A stretch of DNA of 64,000 nt from Takakia lepidozioides (taxonomy: Eukaryota; Plantae; Bryophyta), in NCBI GenBank assembly GCA_030704615.1, contig CM060731.1, positions 4,650,001-4,714,000 of the forward strand. Direction: 5' to 3'. The stretch's first letter is position 1; each line of letters begins with the position of its first letter. The position numbers and the translations under genes are program-made. This document shows, piece by piece, positions 11,565 to 24,023 of the stretch. The notes under the pieces were generated by a model. It made no database searches and was not told the origin of the DNA. It saw only the letters and a program-made list of their open reading frames with translations.

Positions 11565-12299
11565 GTGAGTAAGTTCGGCTCTTGTCGTGCAAAATACGTT
11601 GCATTTCCTTGTGTCATTCTCGTTCGACAGATGGTTGCTTACATTGTCTATTTCTGGATGATAACATCTACCACCATTCCTCTTCTTGCTTTCCAGAGTT
11701 CGGCACCAGTCATCGAATCAGCAGACACCTTTCGGTTTCCAAGGATACTACATGACCCCGAGTCCCCCTAGAGCTTACTGCTTGCCGGTTTACGCGGAAG
11801 CATGCGCACAGGTGTTGTCCCAACAAACAATGTATTCGCCTCTCCATGGGGGTTGTGGAAAAAAAAAACGTCGCGGGGGTGTTCATAGATGATATTGCTG
11901 CAGACTCTGGAAGTGGTTCATCTGAAACCTCTAGTAGTTCTTGAGGTTCATGTACCGAGGCTTAATAAACTGTGTTTTGGTGTTGCTTCCATCCCCAAAC
12001 TGTTTTTCAAGTTCTTCGCGCGTTCCCGTAAGTACAGTTAGGGATTGCCTGGGGTAGGTCTTGAGCCGGCATTGGAAAATGTTTGTGGGTTGGAATGAAT
12101 GAACTACTTTGCAAAAAAAGGCTTTACTGTTAATATTCAATTCTCTAGCGGGCGATCTCCTCATTCCAAAATCATGTCCTCAATCCTAAACCATCCACAA
12201 ACCTACCATTGTTTTCGGCCGGAAAGAATATTAATGTGGGGGCGATGAAGAGGGTTCAAAAAATAAGGACATAGGCGACAACCGATCCGCGGTAATAGT

Positions 12300-13484
12300 G
12301 GGGGGGAAGCACGGAATTAGGGCCTGCACACGTGGATGCTTGCTGACGTGGCGTGAGCCTAGCCAGGCTCACACGCAAGCATTCCCCGTCATCGTAAAGG
12401 GGTCTAACCCCATTTCCCCGCCAATGCGTTGGGGGGGTTGCGACGACCCCAGAATGCTGCGATGTCGGGGAATCGCAGCGGCCGGGCGTTCCTACAACGG
12501 CAGGGAATCGCAATGCCCGAAAAAATAAAATAAAATAAAATATATATATATTCCCCGCCATCGCAAGAGCGCCCAGCCGTCGCAAAAGCGTCGATGGGGC
12601 TGCGTCGCTGCGATTCCCCAACGTCCTGGGGGTGTCGCGGAAAATTGATTCTGGGAGTATATTGTAGAGCATAATGGGCTTGGCATCCTCAGACTACAAC
12701 CATTGTCCAACAATAAGTTGCAATGCAGTTTTGCAAAACTTAGGCCATTGATAGATATTTGTTCTTGACGAACTCTGGAGATAAGTCTCGGTGCAAGTTC
12801 TAGGTGTGAGAGCTCCTGTAGAGTACGTATAATCTGCAACACAATGATAGGATTGAGATAGTGGTAGTCACTATGAGATAGTGGTAATCACTATGAGCTA
12901 ACTCTTGATATGTATATATTTACTTGGACTGCTTTTGTGATACATAGATGTATTGTAGATTTGTTGGTTAGTGTGTAGTATCTTAGAAATGTTATAATGT
13001 GGAGGTCCTAGGTTCAAGTATGCATTACCTAATATATGTAGAACAATGTATGAACTGTCATTGGACAAAACCGGAATAAATGGTCAATTAGTTTTTGAAA
13101 TTCAAATTCAAATTTTCCACCTAAATTCAAATGTACCCCCTAAACTGTGAGGTCTGGGGGTCGAATTTACCCCCTTATGTGGCGTCGCAGAAAAAAAATG
13201 TTATTTATTTTTATTATTTTTATTATTTTTCGTGATGCCCAGACGTCGCAATTCGCGCCGGCGCCGCGGCGGGGCGGGCGGGGGGTCCTGGGGGGTTTGC
13301 GATTCCCCGACGACGCTAATTAGCGATGTTCCGGGAGCGACGTCTCTGCGACTTCCTGACGTCGCAAAATGCCCTTGACGCGCCCCGAGCGTCGTAGAGT
13401 ATTTTCGTCGCTAATTACGGCGGTTGGAGGTCGCTAGGGCATCGCTAAACCCCCCCCCCCCCCCCCCCCCCCAACGTAGTAGTG
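12300..13484. repeat. Right subterminal repeats and TIR of the CACTA-ended element
   Basis: Clusters of TTGCGACG/CGTCGCAA/GCGATTCCCC motifs at ~12430-12640 and ~13180-13450, ending in a poly-C tract and AACGTAGTAGTG. Confidence 0.85.
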
Positions 13485-13487
13485 TAG

Positions 13488-13617
13488 CCAAGTTTACCAC
13501 GGGCTATCCATCTGAGTAGGGGTTCTAGGAAAATAATGAATAAGTATGGGCTTAAGGTGTCTCCTTGGATAGTGCCGCCTAGGATTGGGATGGGTGGAGT
13601 GGAGAAACATATTGGGC
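13488..13617 (-). pseudogene. LINE RT fragment, upstream partner of 1-1041
   Basis: The minus strand reads PIPILGGTIQGDTLSPYLFIIFLEPLLRW (RT QGDxLSP motif) and is contiguous with 1041 across the TSD. Confidence 0.9.
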
Positions 13618-13676
13618 TCACATATATAAGCTATGTCATGCAACTAGATTTGGTTAGTGAGGGCCAACAACCAACA

Positions 13677-13760
13677 TTTTGCCCAATGGTAAAGGCACAA
13701 GCCACCTCACTAGTGGTTGTGGGTTCGAAATTGCATGTGGATGTTTAAAGGTGTCCACCT
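13677..13760 (+). mobile_element. tRNA-derived SINE-like head
   Basis: A-box-like TGCCCAATGGTAAAGGC and B-box-like GGTTCGAAAT, but no complete cloverleaf. Confidence 0.35.
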
Positions 13761-16700
13761 TCCCACCGGAAGGCATTAGCCTTTCGCGGTCAAGTTGACA
13801 CTATAAATTACGCTTGCTTCGACAATGTATTCACATTTTTCTTTTCATAGTGCGGAACTGATTTCTTGAAGGTGGTACGCAACTCTTGGAAACCCATACA
13901 TTATTTGATTATATCTTAATAAACGTTTGAATAAATTTGGTATTACAGTTAATTTATCTATTAAGTACAAAATATACAAAGTCAACTACGATAATCATAG
14001 TTTCAAACCTTAAGATAAAATATATATTGATCTAATACTCACCATCTAGCCATCATCTAATGCTAACTACATGAGTGCGAAAATATATAGCTGCTGCCCA
14101 AATGGAACTGACCCAACCCTCATTGATCCTTTTCCCTTTTGTTCTTTTATCCATGGAAAGAGCAACAACCATCCGAGGAGCATTGTGCTTGTTGCAAGGT
14201 TTTCCTTTTACCTTTTCCCTTTCCTTTTCCTTTTACGTAGAATCTAGACAACACATAAGGTATATTGTGTAGACTACTTGAATAGTGTGCTCCTACATTT
14301 GCTTGATTTACAGATGGAGCAAGGGCAGCTACTGTCTTTCTAAAACAAGTTGGACCGCTACGTGAATTGTGACGTGTGATTGCCATTACAACAAATCAGC
14401 ATGACATATTTACTCGTGGCAAATCTACGACATTTTACTGATAGCTCAAAATCTTGATATCCTTTAAAACAACATTTTGAATTAGAATCGCTTTAATGAT
14501 CCTCCATACTAATTTCTACAATATTAGTAATTTGTAGGTACTTTTGATAAATACAATAATTATTATGGAATGTCATTGCTTTGGGACACATATAGTAAAT
14601 TGTCTAGTTTTTTATGGCATCTATTAGCTATGAAAGGTGATGTTTAGATCTAAAAGACAAGTGCAATGAGCTATTGGAAACACCAAACATATCTAATTTT
14701 TTTGCTGTAACACTCCTGCGTAACCGCGTATACGAGACGCTGAGGATAAGAGTACATCAAAACCGTATGAAACTTTGCCATGAGCAGATATTGGACAAAT
14801 ACATGTTAGATTAATAGCGTCTTGAATGCATGGCAGGGCCCACACACGGTGCGGCCCGCCAAAAGGAGAGAGTCAGCCCTACCCCACCCGCCCCATGGGA
14901 GTTGGAGGGATGGTCTGCACTCTGGAGGGTCTCCTCATGCCCCACCTGCAGACCGGCAGACCCGTGGAGGGGCTCTCCGTAGGTGCATACGTTGTTCAAG
15001 GTCGAAATAATAAAGGAATAAAAGTTCAGAGGTTATGAAAAAAGCGGTAGGTATCCTAGTGGTTAGGTGCACTCCCTATAAGTGTGACAAATTTGGGTTT
15101 GAAGCTGTCATGACAGTATGGTATGTTGAGATAGAGCTTGATCAGTCTGTTTTGAACTTGGAAAGACTCATAAAGTCTCTAAAAACTTCTCAATCTTTTT
15201 TTAACTTCGAAAAACTTCACAAAGTCTCTAGAAAATTCTAAGTCCGGGATAAGGTAGCAGACCCTCTCTGGGTCTGCCCTGATAAGTAGCAGCAGACCCT
15301 AGGGCGTGGACCCGGCCATGACCCGTTGTTTGGATGTGGCGGGGCCCACAAGCCACACGCTTCTGCATTCGAGACGCTATTAATCTAAAATGAGAGGCAT
15401 AGGAAACGAGTTCTTCTCTACTTGTCGCAATCAAATCTCAATCTTTGAAAGCAAAACATGGATGGCTAACTACTATAAGCTAGATATTTTTTTCTTCTCA
15501 ATTGTAGAGGAAAGAACAAATGACTAGTGAGTGTTTTTATAGGTTCTCTCTAGGCACTCAATCCGTGTACACATGAGTTGGCGAATCACATAGTTGATCT
15601 AGAGGTTGTGGTATGAATGAAGGTAGCATCTTGGGGGATGGCAGTTAGGGCAATGTGTGTCTAGGGCAATATATGTCATAGCAGCAGGTGATGTGCTGCC
15701 AATTTTGAGAATAGAGACAGCCTGTAAGCTGTAGATTTGTATCAGTGGTTTCCGTTAATAGATCAAAAATATCATAATTCATAAATGGGCAGTATGTAAG
15801 AGTCTCACTTCTGAGGTGGTATGTGCCCATTACTACTGGGCTAACATGGTTGTTGACATGTATTCATTATATCTCATTGTACACTGGTTGTAGTGTCAAA
15901 GCATGATCCTTATCTAATGCATTTACGTTCTAAACTCAGTGCTATACGTGGTTCCACATATACAACTATTTTTATAAGCCCTATTGAGCCGTAATAGATG
16001 CTTTGGAGTGCATCCTTGCAACTTTCTACTAAAAGCATTACTTGACTGGCAAACAAATATGTTTTCACCATACGTGTCTTAAAACCATACATCTCGCGGT
16101 CATACACTCCTTCACTGCAATCATTACAAGTAAGCTTACAGCTAGAAAACAACCAGTCAACCAACCAACCAACTAGAATGCAATTAAATACTAATGATCA
16201 GCTAGGACCCACCTCCAAAAAGTGAGCTATAGCCAAAAAGGTGAAATGGCTCTTTGTTATGTTAGGTTCGAACATATCCATTTTCTTTCTGTAGTATTTA
16301 ATCATCAGCGCATTTGTATCTAATATTTTGATACTTTTATATTAATAGCCGGAGGCGCAATGTGAGTCCCTGGAGCTCTGCGTTTTGCGGTGAGAGAAGA
16401 ACTCAACAGTCTCTTCGTCTCTCTCATCCGTCCAACAACGTGCATAGAGATGTTTCTGGGAATCGACTCTTCTGCTATCCTATCAAACCTTCATCAATTC
16501 AAGCAACTAATCGAAGAACCCTCCATCTCCTAAGTGGCCTCTTCTGGCGGTTCTGGGAAGTTCATTTTTCCTTCATCCCCAAACTACGATTCTAATCCAT
16601 TCATTATTTCACAGTAGGTCGCAGTCATCAAGCCTTAACTCATATTTTCCCCCCTCCCTGCTGTCGGCTTGAATTTATGGGTATTTACTCATCCTCCTGC

Positions 16701-17405
16701 CACCTCGAAATCAAGACGTCGTTCCAGCTGAAGCATGTTCATTACTAAACCTCCCATATCTTCCATACCTTTATCTCCCAGCTGCTCTACCTCACATTTT
16801 TGTGCTTACTTTATCAGCTTCTCTCAGTCTACTATCTTAGTTCTTTGCTGCTTTGGCTTGTGCTATTGTTTCTTTCACTATTGGGCACAAATGGGCCCCA
16901 ACAGCTTCATTCACCAGCGTCCAAACGGTCATGCCTAGAACCGCCGAGATCACGATAAAGACACCTCAAACTTCTTTGGAAGCCATCCTCCATACAAATG
17001 GTGCAAGGCATACATATTTCATTCCACTTTCTAGCCATAGATTTTCTTGGTGCACTCATGTATACGAAAGTGAAGGATTGCACATACTATTTTTGCACAT
17101 TTGGAATCATCTATACATATTAATTGCTCTCTTGAAGAGATAGAGAAAGCCATCAAATCAGATTAGTCTCTCAGTCTCTCAGTCATCGTTATACTACCGC
17201 CAAGGCCAAATGTGACTAGTAGGCCCCAACAACCCTTAGGCACTGGCTTCTTTTTGGCCCACCAGGTGCAACCTCTCGCAGGTGGCTTCCCAAGCAATCC
17301 CAGAGGTCACTCCCCTCCCTCTATGGCTTTCACAGCTTCACTCCACTTGCCATTCACTCGAAAGTAGATCAAAGAAACTTATCTCCATGCCCCAATGGAG
17401 AAGGA

Positions 17406-18142
17406 ATGGAGATGAGACCTTTGAACATACTCAATTCCATTGAATTGCAAGAGTCGATGAATCGTGACTTCCTACTCATCGAAATGGACATTCAGGGGCT
17501 AAACAGCATAATCTCAGGTATAGAGGAGTATGACATCTTGGTGCATTTCCTAGGGAAAGAAGCCAATAAAGCCTACGTTAGAGATTGGGCCATCACTAGA
17601 TACTTGGATGGTCAGGGTGAACTGAAACAACACTTTTGCCATGGTAAAGGTTCTCTATTACGTTTGAATCTCAATGAGCTTCCTCCCAACCATTCAATTC
17701 AACCCGCATTTGAAGGGCTTCAACGTTAATGTTTTTCCTTGGTCATCCAAGATGGGCAACAAGAATGGTTATAAACTATTGGGACCAATGATTATTTCGC
17801 TTCATTAATTCATTCCAAATCAATATCTGGTGAATCTGCCACACATTGCAAATCCTTTTGGGTTCTATCTGGGATGCTTTTGGGTTTTTGACCCTTCATG
17901 ACATGCACTAAAGCATAAGAAAAGACCCTGCTTGGAAGACTATCACCATAGCTACAAAATTGCATGACAATGGGTGTGTCTACAATATGGTGCTAATTAT
18001 GATGCCAAATGAAGCAGTATTGTCAGACTTTGTTCGTCTCCCAATGGATACGGAGGGAAACTTTTATACAATCAGACTGATAGAAGATATTGCACCTTCA
18101 ATCTGCTTTAAGAGAGAGAGAGAAGATTTTGGCCGAAACTGA
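17406..18142 (+). pseudogene. Decayed L1-type ORF1 (DUF4283/zinc-knuckle-like) remnant
   Basis: ILVHFLGKEANKAYVRDW resembles the start of DUF4283, and APSICFK resembles a knuckle start. Heavily frameshifted. Confidence 0.4.
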
Positions 18143-18169
18143 CGTAACTAAGAGCCACTTTGTCTCACG

Positions 18170-18450
18170 GCTACTACCCCCTTTCAAGGGTGGGCCCTAT
18201 AAAGAAAGCAGGCTAAGCTTGTCGCATGTCTAGGGGACATAGGAGATAGGAGTACCTAGGGTACCAAGGGGGTTGGATTCAAGTTGTCGCCTATTAGTAA
18301 TAATAGCCGTGAGGGAGCGAAGCGCCGTGAGGTAGATTGCCTTGAAGCATTTGTGGATATGAGATATAGGGATATTAAAGTTTATGTGTATAGTGGTACT
18401 ATTGGCATTGTGGATATCACCTCTAGTTCCGGCAGTAATGACGGTTAGTA
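18170..18450 (-). pseudogene. 3' end of a non-LTR element, restriction-like endonuclease C-terminus
   Basis: The minus strand reads ITAGTRGDIHNAN...IHKCFKAIYLTALRSLTAIITNRRQLE, resembling the I..G.RG.IH tail of RLE-bearing clades. Confidence 0.45.
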
Positions 18451-20369
18451 GGCAACAGGGTCACATCAAAGTAGTTTGTCCTTTAAGCAAAAGGAAAAGA
18501 TTCCCAAGTACTTTGAAAGATCTTTCTTCAACTCTTCTTTACACAGATACTTCTTCCCTTGCCAATCTCTCTCCCCATCACCCTCCCCCCACCTCTGCTG
18601 TTCCTTCAAACATTATTCTTACCCTTAAATCTCCGCCATCTTTGGTAAACGACCTGGTTCATATCAGTCATATCTATAAAGCCAAAAAACAAATAGATCG
18701 CTCTAACCCGATGCACGTAGAGGCTGGTTCTTTCAAGCCTAAACTCATCAACAACTTAGGGAAACAAAAACTTCAAGAAAGATCTCCACCATTGATTCCT
18801 ACGTGAGCCTAGCCCTGTAAGCCTGTGGGCTATGCTCACACTTTGTAAGCGTGAGCGCACGGTGGTGTTGCAAAGAAAAATGACCTATACCCGAATTCAG
18901 CCGGAAGAAGACCTAATACCACGAGAAATCAGATATTTGTCTGCTCTTTCTTGCACCAACGATGAGGGGTAAAACCACAATCGTTGACAATCTTTGTTTT
19001 TTTTTTTTTTTTTTTTTCCCAGTAACAGTGCACAGAAATATGAACAAAACATAGCATTCAATAAGGTACTACTACCAAGATCCTGAACGATTGTGGTCCC
19101 AGCACCTCAAATACTGTAACATGTTGGCCTAAAATTTTTGTTTTTTTGGGCCTTATAAGCTGCATGAGGCCAAATCCACGACCATTAACCATAAAGGCAA
19201 ATGGACGTATATAAGATCAAATATATATATATATATACACACAGACGTTTTATTTATTTATTTATTTAGTTATTGGCCTTAGCTGCATGAGGCCAAATCC
19301 ACGATTGTTAACGATCGAGCTGACAAATGGAAGTAAGGAAAAACTAAAATAAAATAAAAAACTAAGATCAACAGGTTACAGTATTTGTAGGTGCTGAAAA
19401 CCACAATTGTTAATGATTCTAGTAGACTGTAGCACTACCTTCAGAAGTACTGTATTTTGTATATATTTCTGTGCACTGTTCCTAAAAAGAGTGAAGGTTT
19501 CCCCGGACCTACAACATTTCTGTCAGTATACTTATAGTTCACCGTGTATGTTGTTTCTACAACAAATATGTTCGGAATGTCTTCATTTTGTATGAAGCTC
19601 AAAAGTTGAAGAACAAATAAGAAACACAACCACTTGAAAATTGGGCTAAATCACACCCACATTCTAGCGTGAACGGACACGAAAGCGACTATCCCTGTGG
19701 TGGGAGCAGCGGCGGCAATAGGAAAAGAGGCTGGAGCACCCTTGAGGGTCGAAGGCGCTCATGGGAGCAGAGGCATTCACTAGGGGAGCCACGCAAGCCG
19801 GGTTGTGGTGGGGGCTCCGTGTGGGGTGGTGGTAGCTTAGGGAGTAGTACTCACCATGGGCTGAGGCCTCGTGGTGGGAGTCGTGGGGGGAGTCTTGGGG
19901 CTCATCACGGTCCATTAGGGCCGTGGTGGGTGGGCCAAGACTCACCGCGACTCATCATAGGGAATCGAGGGTCGTGATGGTGGTTCACCATAAAAGGACT
20001 TATTGTTTGTGAGACCCTCGTAGACACCTACAGAAGTATATATATGGAGTATTAATCTCGAAAACAGTGCAAGCCCGTTATGTGACCAAAAGCTAGTGAG
20101 TAAATAAACGTCCCGGAAAGCGACAAAAGAGATGGGAGCTATTCTGGACTGCCAACAACCAAAGGGGATTTCCCACTAGGCCCGATCCATCGAGGGTCTC
20201 GTGGGGGAAGCAAGGGGGAACACAGTGAACACGTTAACGTCACATCCAAAGTCACGTCCTCACGTGTGTCACATCATTTCAAAATTGACTTTACGTTATA
20301 TAATTTTTTAGTTGTAATTTTTATATTGCATAATTTATCATAATAACACGTAAGCCGTCAAGTCAGCTC

Positions 20370-21160
20370 TAGCGGTCCAAAATTTAAGAACCTATCTCAT
20401 AAATTTAAGACTGCCAGATCTAACGGTCATGATTTTCAAAAGAATTTAATAAATCGAGACCGCCAGCTTTAGAGGTTCCGATTTTTAAAAAAATTAATAA
20501 ATTTGAGACTGCCATAGTTGGCAATCCCAATATTTTAAAATACTTAATAAAATCGAGACCGCTAGATTTAGCAGTCCTAATGTTCTAAATTGTTGTAATA
20601 AATTCGGGACCGCCAACTATGGTTTTATAGTTCTTCTATTCAATCCGAGACCGTCAGCTCAGGGCGGTTCTTTTTTTCAAATTTGTTTTGGACAAAATCG
20701 AGACCGCCAAAGCTGGCAATTTTTTTGTTTTTATTTTTATTCATAAAATCGGGACAGCCAAAGTAGGCAGTCCTGAATTACTTAATATTTCTTATTTGAT
20801 AAAATCAGGACCGGTAGAGATGGCTCAATACATAAATTTTTGTTGAAATTGGGAATATAGTAAGGACCACAAGAGCTAGTGATCCTAAATTATTCTTAAA
20901 ATAATTCTGAATAAAATCGGGACTCCCAAAGGTCTCGTTTTCTGTTTTTATTTTGTTTTTTGTTGGATATAATCGGGACGTCCAGAGCTGGCGGCCCCGA
21001 ATTTGTTTCCTTTTAGGATATAATTAGGACCGCCAAAGCTGGCAGTCTCGTTTTTTCTTTTTAATAAAATAGGGACCACGACAGCTAGTGGCCGTCGCGA
21101 TATATTTAATTTTTATTAAAAAACTAGATATAATACCGCCCGCCAGGGCGGTCCCTATTA
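20370..21160. repeat. Array of ~16 GC-rich palindromic units (consensus ~AATCGGGACCGCCA-N4-TGGCGGTCCCG) with AT-rich spacers, period ~45-56 bp
   Basis: Units at ~20408, 20455, 20503, 20554, 20604, 20647, 20699, 20750, 20806, 20862, 20918, 20974, 21025, 21071 and 21132. Half-sites recur at ~23603 and ~23650. Confidence 0.8.
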
Positions 21161-21287
21161 TAATGTATCCATCCTTATGAAGTTTCTCATATTTCATCCA
21201 GCTCTAATCCATCGGGATGAAATCAGTTAGAGGTCACCTCACGTTCAAATATGATTCCAATAATACATAGTGGATTGATGTTGAGAC

Positions 21288-22164
21288 CAGTGTTGGGCGG
21301 TTATCCGCATGGGCCCGGGTAACCGCCGGTTCCGGTTCTGGTTATGTGGAACCGGACCGGAACCGGACCCGCCTGTGCAGAACCGGAACCGGAACCGGAA
21401 CCGCTCATTGGGGATTGTGTGGGAACCGGAACCGGCGGTTCCAGCTACGACCACATGTGTGGGAACCGGCGGTTCCGGTCCACCCGTGGGCTGTAGCCCT
21501 AAGTGTCTCTAGTACCTTCCAAAGCGCTTCTAAGTCCGGTTCTTGGTTCTTGACCCCTTGGTGGGGCTGGTGGGCCCAGGGCAAAACTTATTTAATGCTC
21601 TCAAGCTCCTGAGATCATGGGTTCAATGCTTGGAGGCCATGAGATTCTATGTTCAATGCTTCAGCGCCATGAGATCTTGGGTTCAATCTCCAGCTCCATG
21701 ATATCCTGGCTAAGTTCATTAATAAAATGTTTGAAGATGTCAATACTTGGTAGCTGAATAGTACTTTCAACCCATAAAATTTTATCCATTTTCTTCTACC
21801 AGTTTATTTAGAGTATTTTTGTTTGTTTTTTTGTGTTAGTGAAAACTAACAAAATCGTTGGATTTTAGTTCAAATATGTGAATACACTGCTATTTAATCT
21901 ACCGGACTGATAAAATATTTTAAATCTAATTAAATTAAACAAATATATTTTTAAAATAGAACCGGAACCTAACCGGAACCTATGGTTTTTATCAGCAACT
22001 AACCGGTAACCGGAACCGCACCCATGTTTAAAAGTTGGATCCGGAACCGGACCGGAACCGGCTCAATAAAAAAAAACCGGAACCGGATCCGGAACCGTCT
22101 CTTGAAATAATTGTGGAACCGGAACCGAAGGTTCCTTCACAAATGCAGGAACCGCCCAACACTG
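21288..22164. mobile_element. Non-autonomous hAT element (MITE)
   Basis: 15-bp TIR CAGTGTTGGGCGGTT / AACCGCCCAACACTG, perfect 8-bp TSD GTTGAGAC (21280-21287, 22165-22172), and subterminal GGAACC/ACCGGA repeats at both ends. Confidence 0.95.
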
Positions 22165-23269
22165 GTTGAGACCATAATCTTATCAGTGACTATGACATTT
22201 GAACCATCTTAGAACTTTACTCTTTAGATCCAAGTGATGCTACGGCTTTGAATGAGTTCGTGGCTAATGAAAATTAAACTTTTTCTTGGGTCCGACATTT
22301 GACTATGTATGGAATGTAATTGTTTGTGTACATGCTTTGAAATTTTACAATTATTTAAAAGGACAATTTAAAATAGGGTCTAATTAACTGTTGCAAAAGA
22401 AAATCTATATAGAAAAATAGGGTGTTAGGAAACAAAGGTTTACAATAATACTTAAAGATAGGGTGGAAAAAAATGCAAAATTTCAAAGATATAGCCTAGT
22501 ATAAATATACCTTTGTACGTACGTGGTATGGAAAAAAAATACGTATTTTCACCTCATCGGGATCTCCTAATTTATTGATTGGTCTTTCTTTTTTATTTAC
22601 AATTCTTCAAAATTACCATAGGGGCCATTCTACCAAAGCGTAATCCATGTGGCTAGAAAACAAGGTGGCATGGTTAGAAAAGTGGCTATATAACATGTGA
22701 CAGTTTTAACAGGTCCACGTAGGCAAAATCAGGCTTCTAATATTCACCTACTGACGCTTGTATTATAGTAATTTTTTATCAAGACAAAGATTTTGTTCAA
22801 AACAATAATTTTTATCAAGCCAATTATGTTTATGTAAACAACTATTTTTTTTCAAGAATGTATCTTCGGATATATGATCGTTATTGGTTATGTCAAAATG
22901 CTAATATCCTCCTCAAACAAAAAAAAACTTGGGCATGTGTATAACTTCAAATAATATGAGGTTAATGCAGATATACAGATAAAATATGCTTTAAATAAAG
23001 ACGATATAAATGATGAATGTCGGAACAAATGTGCATTAAAAAAAAATCAACCAAGTTTTAAACCATGACATTAAATCAAAATTCAAATCAAAACCAATTG
23101 AAAAGAAAGATGAAGAAGATATCATATGAACAACATTCATAATCCAAATCTACTTGTTGTATCAAAACGAGCCAAAGTCATTACACTGACCAAATTAATA
23201 TTAAATGAAACAAGCCTCAAATTGCAATGGACTCTCTTGCTTTGGCAAAACATAAGATGAAGGAAACAG

Positions 23270-23551
23270 TTGGTAGCTCAGTTGGATAGTGCATTCAGTG
23301 CCACCCATATGATTTTGGGGTCAGATCGAGCTACCTTGATGGCTATGGTATGATCTTCTCCCCCGTCCCTTAGGCGGTGCCACCCAGATGATTTTGGGGT
23401 CAATGTTCTTTTCCCACTTCCCTTGGGCGGTGGCCCATGCGAAAGTCTTCACAGCTACTCTGAAATAGGTTATTTCTTCCTCTCACTATAATTAAGGGGC
23501 CTGATTTGTCAGCTGTCCCTCCCAGGTGTTTCCCTTAAATAAATAAATAAA
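23270..23551 (+). mobile_element. tRNA-derived SINE-like element
   Basis: Head GGTAGCTCAGTTGGATAGTGC (A-box). 3' end TCACTATAATTAAGGGGCCTGATTTGTCAGCTGTCCCTCCCAGGTGTTTCCCTT followed by (AAAT)n. The 3' part recurs inverted at ~38140-38290 and ~41505-41552. Confidence 0.6.
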
Positions 23552-24023
23552 TTATATATTTTTATTAAAAAAAACTGTGTTATTTATTATTATTTGAGAT
23601 AAAATCGGGACCGTCAAAAAATTTGGATTTGTTTTTTTTTTTTTTTCACATAGGCGGTCCAGATTTATTTTATTTTATCTTTTGGATTAAATTCAACTTA
23701 GTTTAAGAATCTGAACTTGAGCAACTTGTAGTTGTACACTCATGTGCGAGCTACACAGGATAGGGATTTTTCAAACGAATTAGCAAATAAACTACACAAG
23801 TATAAGCAATAGTTTGTTGATACTCACTGTTGCAATTGTGTGCGCCAATCAAGATTGAATATTCTGTCCTGCGAGTCACCCCACACTAGAAGGCTTCCGA
23901 ATCTTGCAAATGTCAAATCGTCATGCAGTTAGAAAACCACCAAACAAAAATAAAAAACTCTGCTGCTGCGAGTTGTAGCCTCGCCGAGCAGCGGGGCCGA
24001 GAGAGAGACGGAGAGAAAACAGG

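Larger units (their letters stand above)
6105..11890 (+). pseudogene. Multi-exon gene: acidic N-terminus + ParB/Srx-like domain + beta-class amino-(N6A/N4C) DNA methyltransferase-like domain (disrupted)
   Basis: Approximate exons with GT-AG boundaries: 6105-6469, 7189-8282, 8364-~8620, 9529-~9895, ~10075-10439, 10569-10907, 11007-11292, 11379-~11564, ~11697-11890. ParB signature FFVSDGNHRLLAW; MTase motifs are in the distal exons. Stops at ~7755, ~8071 and ~11079, plus frameshifts. Confidence 0.75.
1042..13484. mobile_element. Complete DNA transposon with CACTA termini and 3-bp TSD, carrying a MULE-type transposase and a ParB-methyltransferase gene
   Basis: Left end CACTACTACGTTTAGGGGGGGTTAGCGA at 1042; right end TCGCTAAA(C)nAACGTAGTAGTG at 13484. 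TSD TAG at 1039-1041 and 13485-13487. Removing the element restores the LINE frame GTIQGDTLSPYLFIIFLEPLLRWIARGKLGY|QYETSSSEISAVAYADD. Confidence 0.95.

Noticed and set aside
6105-11890. Bacterial or phage contamination explaining the ParB-MTase
   Set aside because: The gene has GT-AG introns and sits inside a TSD-bounded element nested in a LINE.
14706-15600. Possible solo LTR starting TGTAACAC
   Set aside because: No matching ..CA end with a TSD was found.
20370-21160. CRISPR-like repeat-spacer appearance
   Set aside because: The repeats are too degenerate, the spacers are low-complexity AT tracts, there are no cas genes, and the context is eukaryotic.
21245-21612. ORFs with RNRNR/GTGTG repeats
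   Set aside because: They derive from the hAT subterminal GGAACC repeats.
23270-23340. tRNA gene
   Set aside because: Only the D-arm/A-box is tRNA-like and there is no cloverleaf, so it is treated as a SINE head.
23884-23899. CACTAGAAGG as the missing left end for the CACTA end at 43008
   Set aside because: Only 10 bp match, the flanks differ (CCA vs AAA), there are no subterminal repeats, and no pogo remainder lies beside it.
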